DNA of 64,000 nucleotides from Lama guanicoe (Eukaryota), in assembly GCA_013239625.1 (NCBI GenBank), contig MU054323.1, positions 8,173,220 through 8,237,219 on the forward strand. Direction: 5' to 3'. Position 1 is the stretch's first letter, and each line of letters starts with the position of its first letter. Below are positions 60,101 through 64,000 of this stretch, in pieces. Under the pieces are notes generated by a model that made no database searches, was not told the origin of the DNA, and was given only the letters and a program-made list of their open reading frames with translations. Position numbers and translations under genes: made by a program.

Positions 60101-63100
60101 TGCTGCCAGGGAATTTGGGTGCGAGCTGTACTTTTCAGTGATCCCCTCGGTGTCATCTGCAGCCAGGAGGGAGGAGGCCTCACCTCTGGAAGGAGGCCCG
60201 GATTCACTTCTCACCTTGGCCACGTGAACGCTTTTCCAAGTGGGTAGAACCCAGCAGAGCCAGTGCACGCATGGCACCCAGTGTCGGCCCAGTCACTGCT
60301 GACTCCACCAATGGCCAGTCCTTCCACCTGCCAGAGTCCCCACTTCCACATCCCGCCATGGGCTGGTCCTTCGTGCCTTGACTGCCAGATACCGCTCATG
60401 GGCAGAAGCAATGAGATGATGTGTGTATCCAATGCGGGGAAGGGGGCAGGGCACGTCTCATTGAATCCTGATGCCTCGATGTCCTAATGGCCTTCCCATC
60501 TCCAGGGTGAGGAAGTTGAGGCTCCAAGTTAAGCGACTTGCCTTGAAGCATTCAGACTCAGGACCACCTAGTTCGAGAGCCCCCTCTCCCTCCACAAGGG
60601 CAACTGCTCTTGGGAAATTTGAGAAAAAGTCGGATCATTGACAGAACCAATTACAGGTCTAAGTGGGTGTGACCTGATGAGGAATACCCCTCAGAAGCAA
60701 GAGGTGTGATAAGTGAGGCAAGCAGGGCTGTGGTCAATGGTCCTGGTCTGATTCTGCTTTGAACTGCATGCAGTAACAATAGTGACTTCCCAGAATCAGG
60801 GAGAGGGTTCCATAAGATGCGACTTGTGAGGTGGCAGGGGGACGGTCAGACTCTGTACAGATGAAAACCAGACCACTTTCTAGTTCTGCTCGCTCACTCG
60901 CCCCCAGCAACAATGTGAACCACGGCTAAGCAAACTGTACACAGGCGAGCAGGGGGAGGGTTACCAACCGCCCCTTTCTAGAGGCACCAATCAGAGGCCA
61001 CTGCAGGTGTAGTATCACTGGGGGAGGGGCTGCCCTTGGTCATCCCACAGGCTCCCTACACCCCCACTGCCCCCAGCTTAGAGCTGCAGGTCATGTGCTG
61101 GAGTCTAGATAGAAAGTTGAGGCCAAGAAGGAAGGAATTGGCCCAAGGCCAGTCCCAGGAGGGAAAAGCTAAAACTGGAACCCAGAGCTCTCCCCCACCA
61201 TCCAGGCTTTCCTAACTACCTGTGTGGGAGGCATTACACATCCACTTGGAAGATAAGGAAACTGAGGCCCCGAGAAGAGCAGTGACATGCCCGAGGCTGC
61301 TGGTATCTGGTGCAGCCAAGGCTGGAGGCCAGATCCCGTCTCTCTGCTGCGGACTGCTCCGGCCAGAGCAGAGACCGTGTCCTACATCACTGAGCTTTTT
61401 CTGAAACGAACCACTTCTTAATTCTTTGGCTAAATGTCTAAATAAGGATTTTTGCCAATTCTGAGCCCTGCTAACTGATGAAGTTGTCAGAAAAAGATCT
61501 AATGATGCTTGAAAATGCAGGGAGTGTGCCAGCTGCCAGATTGCCCGCCCAGCTCTGACTCTGCAGCGGGGAGTCGGGGACCCCCCCCCCCGGGGGGCAG
61601 GGGAGTAAGCGCTGGCGGTTGAGATGCCGCTGCCCTTCATCAGCTGTGTGACCCCTTTGATCCTCTGCTCCCCAGTTGTAAATGAGGATGACTTTGAGGA
61701 TTAAGTGAGATGATGTGTGTGTGATGTCCCAGCACAGAGCCAGGCACGGCACAGATTTCAGGGCAGGCTGGGGTGGTGAGGCAGGAGGCCGGCTGTCTGA
61801 ACTCTGCTGAATGGACAGAGTGGCCCTACCTACAACCCTGGGTGAGTAAGATCTGAAGTCCCCAGCACCATTTGGGGAGGCCCCGGGTCAGCCCCCTTTT
61901 TCTCCTGGGAGGCAGGGCTGGGAGAGCCAGTGTGCTTCTCTCCAATGAGATGAAAGGCTCAGAGTGACCTCAGGCCCTGTGAGGTGGGGCCCTGGGGTGG
62001 GAGCCTGGGAGGCTGGGCTGGGGCGCTTGGCAGGCCAGGCCCATCCCTTTGTTCTCTCTCCTTTCTCAGTGGAACATTTACTCACTCTGGAGTCCGGGCA
62101 CTAGGGGTGGGGCCTGGCTTGGGGACTGGGGAATCCGACAATTCCCAGGCCTGCCACAGGAGCCTGAGAGGCTGGGCACTGGGAAGGGCCCTCCTGAAAT
62201 GAGTGCAGGCCTCTCTGGTACACGAGACCCACATGTGTGATCTGCCACCCAAGGGCAGGCTGGGCGAGCATCCCAGTCAGAGATAGGAAAAGCCGTTTCC
62301 CCCTCAATCACCAACTGTCCAGACCACCAGCCCCTTCCCACCCGCTTCCTTCCCTTGCTGCATACGTGTATTCACACATAGACACTCACACAAATGTTGC
62401 CCATCGGGGACCTTGATTTCACCTTCCCTAGTAGATGGAGAAGTATGGAGAAAAAACAGGTCTTGGGTGCAGATGTACTTTTGGAATTGTGTTGTTGTGG
62501 GCAGAGCTTGTAACTTCTCACAGACTCAGTCACTTTGTCTGTAGAAGTAGGGGGTCCGCTGTGCTTTACGGACCTACTGTGAGACTCAAACAAGATAGAG
62601 TGTGGACAGGACTCGTAACCATGAGGCACACGACTAACGGCAGTGGACATTTGGGGCTGGAAAGTAGAATTGCTCCATCTATCCAATCCGCTGCTTTTTT
62701 TAAATGAACCAGGGACAGTATCTGAGGGTGAAGGAGGAATCCAGGGCAGTGGCCTAAATACAGCCCGAGGATTATCACTGGGTCCAGCTGTCCCTGCCTG
62801 GGCTGTGGGTGATCAGGACACCCCCACCCACCCCTGGCCCGCTGCCTTCCCTCCATGCCCAGTTCCCTACCCTCTGGCTGAATACGGTGCACTCAGAGGA
62901 CAGCCCTAGTGCGTGGGAGCCAAGACGTGAATGTTATGGGTGCGCAGGCCAGCTCCTCATCAGAGACCAAAGACAGAGTTTCCTGGGGATGTGGTGGGAG
63001 TTCAGAATATGCAGGGTGGAAACAGCCTGGCTGGAGCCGGAGGCCTGGGTTCCAACACTGGCTCAGGTTGATGGGCCCTGTGACCTTGGACAGTTCTGTC

Positions 63101-64000
63101 CCATCTGTGGGCTTTACTTTCATCTGTAAAGGCCTCTCTGCACTTGGGAGGTGCAGTGAGGTGGTGGCCATGAAAAGGCTCTGACAAGTTGATCCAAAAA
63201 AGCACTAGGAAGATCCCGAGAGTCAGGTACTGCCACCCCTTCCGCCCCAACCTCTTCTCAGATGGACGGACAGATTCAAATTCTTCCCAGGGGGTGCGTG
63301 CCATCGCCCTCAGGAGAAAAAGGAACCCAAAGGTCTTTCAGACCCCTTCCAGCCCGGGACTCTGCCAGACCAAGCAGGATGATCATTTATAATAAAAGAG
63401 TTTTCACTGGACAAATTGCTTGTCCCCTTTGACCCTCTGCTTCCCCAGCTGTCAATGCAGATAATAACTCAGCCAGCCAAGGGCTGCTGGGAGACTGGAG
63501 CACAGGTCACTGAGTGCCAAGCTCTGGCCCTGGCCCAGCCACTGGACAGTAGTAGGGTGGTCCTTCCAGGGCCTTTGGGGAGGGGTGCTGTGCCCACATG
63601 TGCCTGGCTGCCCAGGAGCTGCTCAGTATCCTAAGAAGCTGGGATGGGAGGCTGACGGAGCATGAACAAGGTGTCTTGGGCTGGGTCTTTCTAGGAGGGA
63701 CTGTGGCCACTGTGTAGCCTGGCTGAGCCTCTTTGGGCCCCAGCGTTTGGCACTGGGGTCGAGAATCTGAGCTCTGCAAAACTCCCAAGATTTGCAATTC
63801 TCCTGTTTGTTCTTAACCCTGAATTTCCTAAGAAAAGACCTTACAAGCTGCCCCCAAGTCCTCACTAGTGCACAACACATAGTAAATGAGTAAATGCATA
63901 ATAACTACTTATGGAGTGAGTGGATGAGGACCAGGTGTGAGAACCCCTATTCCGCAGACTGCAGAAAGAATGTCTCTTATCCATGAGACTTTCCTTCTGA

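Noticed and set aside
61576..61597. GGGGA-C11-G6 hairpin-like run
   Set aside because: Simple homopolymer runs with no supporting context.
41461..64000. Upstream CIB4 exons (N-terminal ~60 aa)
   Set aside because: I looked for the expected N-terminal peptides and did not find them. They probably lie beyond the window, so this is not evidence of gene truncation.
1..64000. Prokaryotic-type systems (CRISPR arrays, operons, defence islands) or a novel multi-gene system
   Set aside because: The sequence is intron-rich mammalian DNA. I saw no spaced direct-repeat arrays and no long unexplained coding regions.

Overview
Mammalian (eutherian) genomic DNA, probably camelid, judged by a tRNA-Ala-derived Vic-1-type SINE and a cetartiodactyl-type L1 3' end. 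It shows the OTOF - CIMIP2C (FAM166C/C2orf70) - CIB4 gene order known from human 2p23. The window holds OTOF coding exons 1-2 on the minus strand (the gene continues off the left edge), the complete 4-exon CIMIP2C CDS on the plus strand (606 nt, 201 aa), and the last four coding exons of CIB4 on the minus strand (upstream exons not found, presumably beyond the right edge). All exon boundaries are GT-AG with consistent phases. The rest is intronic or intergenic and rich in old repeats: L1, L2, MIR, CR1/L3, MaLR LTRs, an ERV1-type solo LTR, hAT fossils and microsatellites. Almost all ORFs in the supplied track are spurious. I found no convincing novel multi-gene system. The best leads are tandem RFX X-boxes between the divergent OTOF and CIMIP2C genes, apparent lineage-specific residues in OTOF and CIB4, a solo LTR with TSD, a long Charlie-type transposase fossil, and candidate regulatory elements. 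Gene and repeat family names and comparisons with human proteins come from recall, not from database searches.
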